Shown: piece by piece, positions 9,286 to 17,241 of the stretch
Layout: every line of letters begins with the position of its first letter
Position numbering within the stretch: position 1 is the first letter of the stretch
NCBI GenBank assembly: GCA_964407105.1
Contig: CAYOUG010000002.1
Coordinates: 11,041 to 75,040, forward strand
Reading direction: 5' to 3'
Length of the DNA: 64,000 nt
Source of the DNA: an uncultured Candidatus Saccharibacteria bacterium
Lineage (GTDB): Bacteria; Patescibacteriota; Minisyncoccia; Phycocordibacterales; CALRHW01
Notes under the pieces: generated by a model
The model's input: only the letters and a program-made list of their open reading frames with translations
Databases searched by the model: none
Told to the model about the DNA's origin: nothing
Translations under genes and position numbers: made by a program

Positions 9286-9552
9286 ATGACGATTAATCAG
9301 CTTCTCAACAACATAATAGCTTACATTCTTCAGCCAATTATTTTGCTTATGTTTGCTATTGCTCTTGTTACTTTTTTCTGGGGCATTATTCAATTTATTT
9401 CCACATCAAACAGTGATGAGGGAAGAGAAACTGGCAAACGTACTATTGTGTGGGGGATTATTGGAATGCTTATAATGATAGGTGTGTATGGTGTTATTCG
9501 TATTTTGCTAGGCACTTTCGGTATTCCTGCTCCAAGTTATTTGGGATTTTAG
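9286..9552 (+). CDS. pilin-like two-transmembrane protein, paralog 6
   Basis: The core is ALVTFFWGIIQFISTSNSDEGRETGKRTIVWGIIGMLIMIGVYG. Confidence 0.55.
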   Translation: MTINQLLNNIIAYILQPIILLMFAIALVTFFWGIIQFISTSNSDEGRETGKRTIVWGIIGMLIMIGVYGVIRILLGTFGIPAPSYLGF

Positions 9553-9570
9553 GGTTTTGCAATTTAATCG

Positions 9571-9645
9571 AAAATAAAACAAAAAAACACTTCTCGAGTG
9601 GTTTAGCGAAGCGCTTTAACGAGAGAAGTGTTTTTTTGTTTTATT
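9571..9645 (+). terminator. long AT-rich hairpin terminator ending the pilin-like array
   Basis: A roughly 24-26-bp inverted repeat, AAAATAAAACAAAAAAACACTTCTCG with CGAGAGAAGTGTTTTTTTGTTTTATT, flanks a 23-nt loop AGTGGTTTAGCGAAGCGCTTTAA. Confidence 0.6.
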
Positions 9646-9661
9646 ATTATGTAACGTATCC

Positions 9662-9695
9662 AAAAAAAAGCGGCGAGTCTCGAAAGACTCGCCGC
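9662..9695 (-). terminator. rho-independent terminator of the minus-strand gene 9715-11007
   Basis: GCGGCGAGTC, loop tcgaaa, GACTCGCCGC is a perfect 10-bp stem at 9670-9695. The A8 run at 9662-9669 gives a U-run on the minus strand. Confidence 0.7.
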
Positions 9696-9714
9696 GCACG
9701 TTCACCCAAAGTTG

Positions 9715-11007
9715 TTACTTAAAGGTGATCGTGTAAGTGATGGGTGAACCCCCATCTGGTGCTCGGAACGCAATCGTCCGAATCGCCCCACCAAGATCTC
9801 TCTCGGCGGAAATCTGCATCCCCGGTTCGTACCAAAACTCTCTCGAGTCATTAATACGAATCCACGCCCCGCTACTGGTTTCGCACCCAATGTGCTTTCC
9901 AGCGACGTTGTACGTTTCGCTTTCTTTTCCTGGCATCAGCGTGCCTGTGATAACGGGCTTTGAAGAAGGTTGTGACACGTTTGTCACTGGCCTTCCCCAC
10001 GTTCCGTCTTTCTTGAGACCAATCGTGGCATCAAGAATGAGGAGTGTGATTGCTCCCACAATAACGAGCGTGATCGCACCCTTCAAAACCGCACTAAACG
10101 TTCCGGTGAAGAATGTCCAGCGGTCTTTGGCGGTAACCCTGTTCTTGTCTTCCACCACCTCTGGCTTTTTGAAGAGCCATGCAAGGAGCAGAACACTAGC
10201 CAGTCCAACAATCAGCCAAAACTCCAACGGTTTGTCCGCTTTAGTTTTTTCTAATGTCGGAACTACTGTGTGCTCCCACACGTCAGTGAACACAAGGCTC
10301 ATGATGACGTAGATGAGAACAATAAGGCAGAACAACCCCAAAAGCTTCTTCCAGAATGTGCCAGATGGTACGAATGGCTTGGTAGAGTCTATCACCCTTC
10401 CGAACCGCCCTCTTGGCGGGTTCGCAGGTGTCGGTGGTGATGTGGTGGCTGGCACCGCAGGTGTCGGCGACGTTGTCGTCGCAACCCTAGATTTTTGATT
10501 GGCCAGATATTTCTTCCGGAGAATCAACACCACCACAATACCAACAGCCAGCATGATTAGGTTGTTTACCAAGTTTCCTTGGACCACATTAACCACTTCA
10601 GCTGTTGCGGGTGATTCATCTACCACTTCCTCTTTGCTGTTTGAAGACAAGGAAAGAAATGGGTAGATGAGTGGGAAATACGTCGTGGATGAGTAAACGA
10701 CCATCACCGTGGTCGCAACCACCCCAACGAAAAACACCGCAAGCGAGGTGGTGGCCTTGTGTTTCCACAGATAATCACCCAACTTTTTTGTCTGTGTCCA
10801 CACCCACACGAAGCACCAATGAATGATACTTCGTGTTGTTTTGACAAAGGCAGTTCTCCTAAATCTCCTTGTTGTCATTGCGACCGCTGTTCCGAGTCGA
10901 TACCGACCAACCCATTCAAAGAATGAGGTATCGAGTATTACCCAGAACACCATACTGATCACAGAAATCAACAGAAGCAGGCCCACAAGGGCCAAAATTG
11001 TCCACAT
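9715..11007 (-). CDS. GC-rich polytopic membrane protein with Pro/Thr-rich linker and C-terminal beta-rich extracytoplasmic domain (hypothetical)
   Basis: The 430-aa product has multiple transmembrane helices, a TTTSPTPAVPATTSPPTPANPP linker, and a C-terminal soluble domain. Its GC content is about 50%, against about 38-40% in neighbouring genes. Confidence 0.6.
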   Translation of the reverse strand: MWTILALVGLLLLISVISMVFWVILDTSFFEWVGRYRLGTAVAMTTRRFRRTAFVKTTRSIIHWCFVWVWTQTKKLGDYLWKHKATTSLAVFFVGVVATTVMVVYSSTTYFPLIYPFLSLSSNSKEEVVDESPATAEVVNVVQGNLVNNLIMLAVGIVVVLILRKKYLANQKSRVATTTSPTPAVPATTSPPTPANPPRGRFGRVIDSTKPFVPSGTFWKKLLGLFCLIVLIYVIMSLVFTDVWEHTVVPTLEKTKADKPLEFWLIVGLASVLLLAWLFKKPEVVEDKNRVTAKDRWTFFTGTFSAVLKGAITLVIVGAITLLILDATIGLKKDGTWGRPVTNVSQPSSKPVITGTLMPGKESETYNVAGKHIGCETSSGAWIRINDSREFWYEPGMQISAERDLGGAIRTIAFRAPDGGSPITYTITFK

Positions 11008-11102
11008 AGGGCCTCCAGTTTGGTTGAATGAAAGGGAATTGTGAAAGGACGCTACGGTTTAAACCTTATCATAAAAAAATATAAAAGTCAAGTTTTTTAC
11101 AT

Positions 11103-11134
11103 GAAAAAGGCCCGCGACAACTCTGTCGCGGGCC
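11103..11134 (-). terminator. GC-rich rho-independent terminator of the SPFH gene
   Basis: GGCCCGCGACA, loop actc, TGTCGCGGGCC (11109-11134) is preceded on the plus strand by an A-run, which gives a U-run on the minus strand. Confidence 0.7.
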
Positions 11135-11165
11135 GGCTTGCTTTGAAGAACATACAACAGTGGAT

Positions 11166-12455
11166 CTAGGGCGTCCCTGGAGACGGTGGAGTCGTGGTTG
11201 TTGGGGGGGTTGTGGTTGTTGGAACCCCCTTGTCTCCCGCACCAAGCAATCCTTCCATAGCTGCTGCCATGAGTGGATTTCCTGCACCTCCATTACCCAT
11301 GAAAACAGTCTTGGTCTTGTCTCCACCCCACACGTCTTTAGCTGTTTGGGCTTGAAGAGCTAGTTGACCTTCACGTGTCTTCGCTGTTTTAGCGAGCCTT
11401 GCCAAACCAGCAGCTTCGCCCTCAAGCTCGTGCTTACGAGCCAGACCTCTACCTTGTCCATTAAGAATTGATTGCTCTCTGGTTGCCTCTGCGTCGGTGA
11501 TCGTTTTTCCCTTATTTGCTAATGCCTCACTTCGATTTGCCATAGCAAGGCTTACCCTTTTCGGAATTCCAAGATCAGTGATCTGGATTCCTTCATTGTC
11601 GATGTCGATACCCCACTGGTTTTTTTCATTTGACTCGGTGGCTGTTCCGGCGGCAACGTCCGGATCACCGATTGCTTCACCGACCTTTTTCTGAATGCTT
11701 GTCTTGAGTTCTTCTAATCTAGTTCGAGCCGTCGCCAAGCTCATTTTGCCCGACTCTGCTTGAAGTACACCCGTAACACTGTCTGCCAATGTCACACCCA
11801 CTTGCTCAAGGCTGTTAAACCTTTCTGCAAATGCAATGGTGTCGAAGATACTTAATCGAATCGTGATTCTCGGGTCTGTTGTAATCTCAGTGCGCAACGG
11901 GTTATTGTTAGTATTAGGACCGGTGTCAGCACTCCATATGACCCTGAACGGATCATTACTTCTCAGAAGCACGTCACCACGACTATCAAAAGTCGAAAAG
12001 TGACTAGTGATTCCGCTGTTTCCAGACGGAATAATGTTTCCTTCTTCATCCAAAATCGTTCTCGGTGTTGCAAGTTCGATTTGGATTTTTGATCCCGGAA
12101 AGGGTCGGAGAGAACACACTAGAAATGGCACAAACACAATTCCTGCCTTTACCCTTTGAATGGGTTTGCCGAAAAATAGTTTGACACCAATATCCGGTGC
12201 TGTAACTGACCGAAAACTAAGCGCAATGTAAATTACGCCAAGCCCCCCAAACAGCAAATCCGTGCTGATCGTTTGTCCGAAAATGGAGTATTGCTTACCG
12301 AATCCGGTAAACCACTTCCATCCAACAAACAGAACGACGATCGAAACAACGACCGTCATCCAAAACAGGAAAAACCTACGCCAGTTGTCATTCCGCATTT
12401 CATCTCGAGTCATGGTTTGTCTCCAGTAAGGTGTTGTATTTATTGTTCTTCGCAC
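11166..12455 (-). CDS. SPFH/band-7 (stomatin/HflK/C/flotillin-like) membrane protein with C-terminal Thr/Pro-rich tail
   Basis: An N-terminal transmembrane helix precedes SPFH-like core segments (IVFVPFLVCSLRPFPGSKIQIELATPRTIL, RITIRLSIFDTIAFAERF) and a long Ala/Glu-rich helical region. The tail is TTTTPPTTTTPPSPGTP. The gene is GC-rich. Confidence 0.6.
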   Translation of the reverse strand: MRRTINTTPYWRQTMTRDEMRNDNWRRFFLFWMTVVVSIVVLFVGWKWFTGFGKQYSIFGQTISTDLLFGGLGVIYIALSFRSVTAPDIGVKLFFGKPIQRVKAGIVFVPFLVCSLRPFPGSKIQIELATPRTILDEEGNIIPSGNSGITSHFSTFDSRGDVLLRSNDPFRVIWSADTGPNTNNNPLRTEITTDPRITIRLSIFDTIAFAERFNSLEQVGVTLADSVTGVLQAESGKMSLATARTRLEELKTSIQKKVGEAIGDPDVAAGTATESNEKNQWGIDIDNEGIQITDLGIPKRVSLAMANRSEALANKGKTITDAEATREQSILNGQGRGLARKHELEGEAAGLARLAKTAKTREGQLALQAQTAKDVWGGDKTKTVFMGNGGAGNPLMAAAMEGLLGAGDKGVPTTTTPPTTTTPPSPGTP

Positions 12456-12483
12456 ATCTCAAAGAACGTTCTTTACTGTTGTA

Positions 12484-12511
12484 GATTATACATAAAAAAT
12501 ATAAAAAGTCA
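12484..12511 (-). promoter_or_regulatory. sigma70-type promoter (TTGACT, 16-nt spacer, TATAAT) for the SPFH gene
   Basis: On the minus strand, TTGACT is at 12511-12506 and TATAAT at 12489-12484. A near-identical module, CATAAAAAA(A)TATAAAA(A)GTCAA, recurs at 11072-11091 upstream of gene 9715-11007. Confidence 0.5.
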
Positions 12512-12755
12512 ATACTTCCGTAATAGTTCAACGACTTGAATGGAAGCTTGGACGGATTTGGCGTAATATCGCAATATCACAAAACAGGATCAAATTGTAA
12601 TATAAATGAAACAAGTTTTGGCACCCAAATATTTTGTGTCAAAAGTAGACCAATTCCGATAATAATTAAAACTAACAAAAATATTCTTATAAAATCTATA
12701 AATTTCATTGTTACAATTATACTAAATAAAAATCATTACCCAAAACATTTTTCTG

Positions 12756-12837
12756 TGGGCGAGGGGAGACTCGAACTCCCATGGATTACTCCACTAGTTC
12801 CTAAGACTAGCGCGGCTACCAATTACGCCACTCGCCC
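12756..12837 (-). tRNA. tRNA-Leu (anticodon UAG), type II with a long variable arm
   Basis: The reverse complement GGGCGAGTGGCGTAATTGGTAGCCGCGCTAGTCTTAGGAACTAGTGGAGTAATCCATGGGAGTTCGAGTCTCCCCTCGCCCA folds as a cloverleaf. The acceptor is GGGCGAG/CTCGCCC, the T-arm is GGGAG-TTCGAGT-CTCCC, and the anticodon loop is CTTAGGA. Confidence 0.85.
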
Positions 12838-12873
12838 GGCGTTTACTTACGCTCGCATATTTTTGCGAACTTG

Positions 12874-12946
12874 TCCGCCCACCAGGATTCGAACCTGGGA
12901 CCCACCGCTTAAGAGGCGGTTGCTCTACCAACTGAGCTATAGGCGG
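12874..12946 (-). tRNA. tRNA-Lys (anticodon CUU)
   Basis: The reverse complement CCGCCTATAGCTCAGTTGGTAGAGCAACCGCCTCTTAAGCGGTGGGTCCCAGGTTCGAATCCTGGTGGGCGGA has the D-arm GCTC-AGTTGGTA-GAGC, the anticodon loop CTCTTAA, and the T-loop TTCGAAT. Confidence 0.8.
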
Positions 12947-13008
12947 ATTCACACATTTTATATATTCACACGTTGTCTTTATAACACAAACTCACTGAAA
13001 ATTAAACC

Positions 13009-13095
13009 TGGTGCCCGGGGCGGGAATCGAACCCGCAAGAGCTTTAGCTCACGACATTTTAAGTGTCGCATGTTTACCAATTTCATCACCTGGGC
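13009..13095 (-). tRNA. tRNA-Leu (anticodon UAA), type II, with CCA encoded
   Basis: The reverse complement GCCCAGGTGATGAAATTGGTAAACATGCGACACTTAAAATGTCGTGAGCTAAAGCTCTTGCGGGTTCGATTCCCGCCCCGGGCACCA has the anticodon loop CTTAAAA and the T-arm GCGGG-TTCGATT-CCCGC. Confidence 0.8.
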
Positions 13096-13567
13096 GTTTC
13101 TTCCGATTCTTTCCTCTGTGGGTCAGTTTGAGACTGTGACAGTTTGGACAAAGAATCCTCAAATTTTCTAAACGATTATCATGGCTATCACCGTTTATAT
13201 GATCGAGTTCTAAGGGTAATCTACCATCTTCTGACCTTTTTGCCCACCCACACTCTACACATTTATTAGACATAAAACCCTCTTTTATTAATCTATTTTT
13301 TAACTTATAACTTTGGTAATAACTATCTTTAATTAATATTTTTTCAATAGGTAAAATGGGTTTTCCTATTCCCATCAGACCCTTATTCCATGATTTTCCC
13401 CGAAAATGTTTCGTGTCAATTTTATAATATTCTATATATTTTTTAATTTGTGAATAATTTCCACCAGCCTCAATAAGTCCAAGCTTTTTTATGACTTGTC
13501 TAAAATTTGTTGAAGACTCCGAGGCTTCTCTTAATTGTTCTTCTGTCCAACTTTTCTTTTTATTCAT
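13049..13567 (-). CDS. HNH endonuclease (homing-endonuclease-like)
   Basis: The HNH motif is CVECGWAKRSEDGRLPLELDHINGDSHDNRLENLRILCPNCHS. The N-terminal region (SWTEEQLREASESS..KKLGL..GGNY) is typical of phage/mobile HNH enzymes. The last roughly 47 nt of the frame overlap the 5' half of tRNA-Leu(TAA). Confidence 0.75.
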   Translation of the reverse strand: MNKKKSWTEEQLREASESSTNFRQVIKKLGLIEAGGNYSQIKKYIEYYKIDTKHFRGKSWNKGLMGIGKPILPIEKILIKDSYYQSYKLKNRLIKEGFMSNKCVECGWAKRSEDGRLPLELDHINGDSHDNRLENLRILCPNCHSLKLTHRGKNRKKRPGDEIGKHATLKMS

Positions 13568-13627
13568 TTTGCCAATTATTATAGACAAAAAGAGATAAAG
13601 AAATTATAAAAAAAAGATAAAATTTTG

Positions 13628-13701
13628 AGGCGTAGGCCGGGGTTGAACCGGCGCATAGCAGTTTTGCAGACTGCCGCGTTAACCAACTTCGCCACTACGC
13701 C
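13628..13701 (-). tRNA. tRNA-Cys (anticodon GCA)
   Basis: The reverse complement GGCGTAGTGGCGAAGTTGGTTAACGCGGCAGTCTGCAAAACTGCTATGCGCCGGTTCAACCCCGGCCTACGCCT has the anticodon loop CTGCAAA, the T-arm GCCGG-TTCAACC-CCGGC, and the acceptor GGCGTAG/CTACGCC. Confidence 0.8.
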
Positions 13702-13762
13702 ATTTAGTGCACAATACCATTTATACCATATTTTAAGGGTTCAAACCAAAGAACTTTTGTTT

Positions 13763-14095
13763 TTAATTTTGTTTAGTTTGCTGTTCTAGATCGTCTATTA
13801 GCTGACGATTTTTTTCACCTTTATCTATTTCAAATTGGAAAAAAGGCAGAGATCGAATGCGGGTGTGTTCTTTTACATATTCTCGAAATTCACGTGCTTT
13901 TCGCGAAGCAAATTCAAGTGCTGTGCGTTCTTTATCTTCTGGAAACACCGTAAAAAAAATTGTGGCAATGTTGCTGTGTTCGTTGAAGGTGGAGTTGGTG
14001 ACGGTAATTAGAGAAGCAAGACTTGCTTCGTTGCGTAAAAATTCTGCCGCAAGATGCATCACATGTTCGCGAATTTTTTGTTCTCGGATGTTCAT
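13763..14095 (-). CDS. rbfA: ribosome-binding factor A
   Basis: The product is 110 aa, lies immediately downstream of infB, and has an RbfA-like KH fold and length. Confidence 0.7.
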   Translation of the reverse strand: MNIREQKIREHVMHLAAEFLRNEASLASLITVTNSTFNEHSNIATIFFTVFPEDKERTALEFASRKAREFREYVKEHTRIRSLPFFQFEIDKGEKNRQLIDDLEQQTKQN

Positions 14096-14097
14096 AA

Positions 14098-15639
14098 TTA
14101 AAGTTGTTTTTCTACAACACGTACAGATTCTATTCGATCACCGGGTGCAAGCTCTATTTTTGATTCAATGAGAGCGCCAAACTCAACACCCTCTTCCACT
14201 TCTGAGGCTTTTTCTTTAAATCTTTGAAGACCGCGTATTCTACCATTACCTATTTCTGCATCACGACGTAATATTTTTACTTGTGAACCGACACTAATCA
14301 TCCCACTTTCTACTTTTCCTCCTATTACGTGTTTGTCTTTTGTGGTGCTAAATATTTTTGCAATGCGAGCTTTGCCTGTGGATTCTTCTACGGACACATG
14401 AGGTTTTCGTTCATTTAAAAGTGCTTCTAGCCATTCGAGAAGTTTGTAAATGATATCAAATGTATAAATTGTTACGCCAGATCTTTCGGCGAGACTTATG
14501 GCAAGGGGATCAGCTTTTGTATGAAAACCAACCACAAAAGAAGAGCTGTCACCAATAGCGAGTTTTATGTCGGTTTCAGATATGGCGCCGATACCACTTT
14601 GAATTATTGAAAATTCTACCTGATCATTTTTTAGTTGTGAAATTTTATTTACTACAGCTTCAAGACTTCCACCCATATCTGCACGAATAATGAGGGGGAT
14701 TACAACGCGTTCGTTTGCACCACCACGTGATTCAGAAACTTTTTTCTTTTGTTCGTTTGCGGTTTTTTCAGCTTCTTGTGTTGCGTACAATTCTGCTTCT
14801 TTTTTTGTTGCAAATGTTTTAAACGGTGTACCTACAGCAGGAAGAATGTTCCAACCGATTACTCTTATTGGACTTGAAAAAGTTGCTTCTTTAATATTTT
14901 TTCCCATAAAATTTTCCATAATACGAATTGGCGATATACTTTTTCCAGCAACCACAAACATTCCTTGTGAAATTGTGCCATTTTGAATTATGAGTGTCGC
15001 GGTAATACCTTTTTTTGGATCAAGATTACTTTCAAGCACTACACCTTCTGCGGACACGCTGTGATTGGCGGTAAGTTCTTCAATTTCTGCAACAAGAAGC
15101 ATCATATCCAGAAGATCGTTTACGCCTTCGCCGGTTTTTGCAGAAATGGAAACGGTGGGAATATCACCACCATAACCTTCAATAAAAATTTCATTTTCAG
15201 CCAGACTTTGTTTTGTGTATTCTATGTTTGCGTTTGGTAGATCAATTTTATTTATTGCAACGATAAAAGGAACACCAGATTCTTTTATACATTTAAGCGC
15301 ATCGAGTGTTTGAGGTTTTACACCATCTTCGGCAGAGACAACAAGAACAGCAATATCTGCCACTTGAACACCGCGCATACGCAATGATTGAAAGGCTTCG
15401 TGTCCGGGTGTGTCAAGAAAAGTGATTGTGTGTTTTTCACCATCTTTACTTGTGTGAATTACTTCGTAGGCAGATACGTGCTGTGTAATGCCGCCAGCTT
15501 CTTTTGCGATAATGTTTGTTTTGCGAATATAATCAAGCAAGCTTGATTTTCCATGATCAATATGACCCATTACAGCAATAATAGGCGGTCTTAGAGACTG
15601 CTTTGTAGAAGCGGTTTTTTGTGGTGCAGTTTTTTTCAT
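14098..15639 (-). CDS. infB: translation initiation factor IF-2 (short form lacking N-terminal domains)
   Basis: The G domain is IIAVMGHIDHGKSSLLD / DTPGHEAF / NKID, followed by beta-barrel domains. It is 513 aa. Confidence 0.92.
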   Translation of the reverse strand: MKKTAPQKTASTKQSLRPPIIAVMGHIDHGKSSLLDYIRKTNIIAKEAGGITQHVSAYEVIHTSKDGEKHTITFLDTPGHEAFQSLRMRGVQVADIAVLVVSAEDGVKPQTLDALKCIKESGVPFIVAINKIDLPNANIEYTKQSLAENEIFIEGYGGDIPTVSISAKTGEGVNDLLDMMLLVAEIEELTANHSVSAEGVVLESNLDPKKGITATLIIQNGTISQGMFVVAGKSISPIRIMENFMGKNIKEATFSSPIRVIGWNILPAVGTPFKTFATKKEAELYATQEAEKTANEQKKKVSESRGGANERVVIPLIIRADMGGSLEAVVNKISQLKNDQVEFSIIQSGIGAISETDIKLAIGDSSSFVVGFHTKADPLAISLAERSGVTIYTFDIIYKLLEWLEALLNERKPHVSVEESTGKARIAKIFSTTKDKHVIGGKVESGMISVGSQVKILRRDAEIGNGRIRGLQRFKEKASEVEEGVEFGALIESKIELAPGDRIESVRVVEKQL

Positions 15640-15752
15640 TTCGGACTATTAAATGGGAGTATAGCATAAATAGTGACCAAAAACATACTTAAAATCATAT
15701 ATAATAACCACCAACAAAATTGGTTAAAAGTAAAAATATTTTACCTCTCTCT

Positions 15753-16229
15753 TTATTTTTGATTCACCACCTCTTTAGATTTATTCACCACTTCTTTTTC
15801 TTCATCAGAAAGTTCGTATTCTGATCCAAATTCTTTGAGCGGTTTTGAAAAAACACTAATGCGTTCACGAGAATGAAGTGTTGAAATTACAACACCGTCG
15901 CCGTGTTCGTTTAAAAAAGATGTAGAAAAGCTTTGATTGCCACCACCACCCGTTCCTTTAAATGGATTAAAACGTATTGTTTCAATACTCTGAATACTTT
16001 TTCGTAATCTTTTTTCTATGTTATGAAAATGCAAACTGGCTTTTTCTGCGAAAGCCTGCATCGATTTTATTTCTACTCGAAGTGTTTGTATAGCTTCTTC
16101 AATATTTTTTGCATTTGTGCCACCAAGTAAATTATTGATTCTCATTTCGAGTCTAACTATGAGTAATATAAACAATGCTAAAAGAGCAATGACGATTAAT
16201 AAAAGTATGTTGTCTGAAATGAAAGGCAT
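15753..16229 (-). CDS. hypothetical membrane protein (N-terminal transmembrane helix, coiled coil, Gly-rich FNPFKGTGGGGNQSF motif; DUF4446-like)
   Basis: The assignment rests on protein architecture only. Confidence 0.45.
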   Translation of the reverse strand: MPFISDNILLLIVIALLALFILLIVRLEMRINNLLGGTNAKNIEEAIQTLRVEIKSMQAFAEKASLHFHNIEKRLRKSIQSIETIRFNPFKGTGGGGNQSFSTSFLNEHGDGVVISTLHSRERISVFSKPLKEFGSEYELSDEEKEVVNKSKEVVNQK

Positions 16230-16278
16230 TTGATCGGTGTTGTTATTAGTAAGTTTAATTATATAAAAAAAGATTCGT

Positions 16279-17175
16279 TTGCAAAAGGACTCAATTTCTC
16301 TTATGATTAGTGTATCTATGGAGGATCTTAGTAAAACTCAAATAGTTCTTTTGTGTCTTCTCGTAAGTTTTGTAACTTCTATCGGAACGGGAATTATTTC
16401 TTTTTCATTACTTAGTGAAGTTCCTCAAACTATAACACAAACCATAAACAGAGTTGTGGAGCGCACAATTGAGAAAGTGGTGCCTGTTGTCACGCCCGGT
16501 GATAAAACTATTCAAAAAGAGATAACGACGGTGGTGGTAAAAGAAGACGATTTGGTAATGGAGGCGATTGCGAAAAATGAAAAAAGTATTGTAAGAATTA
16601 GTACTTTAGCCGCTAACACCAGCGCAAGCAGTACAAACGCATCTATAATATACGGTCTTGGACTCATTGTTACAAAAGATGGTGTGGTGGTAGCGGATGC
16701 TCATGCAATAGATGCTACCGCACAATATATAGCAACACTTTCTGATGGAAAAAAATACACACTTTCACCAATGAAATCTATTACAGAAAATCCAGAAATA
16801 TTATTTTTTGAAATTAAAAAAGAAAAAGACGATAAAACAATATTTACACCAGCCACACTTGGCAATTCTGATGGACTCCAACTCGGACAAACAGTTATTG
16901 CAATAAGTGGTATAGAAAATTCTTCTGTAACAATAGGTTATATTTCTGGTTTAAAAAAGAGTGTTCCTGATGCCAGTGGTGCTGTTTCTTTTGTGGGCAT
17001 TGAAACAGATATTATATCGAAAAATACTATTACAGGTGGGCCGCTGTTAAATCTTTCCGGTCAAGTGATAGGCCTAACCACTCTTGGTGCCACCGGTTCA
17101 AATGCACCACCATTTACTCCAATCAACCTAATACAATCTGCTCTTTTAAGTCAGCAAAATTCTTCACAAAACTAA
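16279..17175 (+). CDS. membrane-anchored trypsin-like serine protease (S1 family, HtrA-like catalytic domain without PDZ)
   Basis: An N-terminal transmembrane helix is followed by motifs of a chymotrypsin fold (..DAHAI.., TGGPLLNLSGQVIGL around the catalytic Ser). Confidence 0.6.
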   Translation: MQKDSISLMISVSMEDLSKTQIVLLCLLVSFVTSIGTGIISFSLLSEVPQTITQTINRVVERTIEKVVPVVTPGDKTIQKEITTVVVKEDDLVMEAIAKNEKSIVRISTLAANTSASSTNASIIYGLGLIVTKDGVVVADAHAIDATAQYIATLSDGKKYTLSPMKSITENPEILFFEIKKEKDDKTIFTPATLGNSDGLQLGQTVIAISGIENSSVTIGYISGLKKSVPDASGAVSFVGIETDIISKNTITGGPLLNLSGQVIGLTTLGATGSNAPPFTPINLIQSALLSQQNSSQN

Positions 17176-17241
17176 ACAGAATAAAGTTTCTTAAGTAGTA
17201 GACGTCTATTTATTAGTATTGTATTATACCCCTACACATAT

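Noticed and set aside
9650-9715. Direct repeat of the tRNA-Leu(TAG) 3' end as an island att site near the left islet boundary
   Set aside because: Only loose similarity (GGCGAG...GACTCG) is seen, and it is explained by the terminator hairpin at 9670-9695. No convincing att repeat is visible by eye.
12536-13171. 211-aa plus-strand ORF across the tRNA cluster
   Set aside because: It runs antisense through three well-formed tRNA genes and has no RBS. It is a typical shadow ORF.
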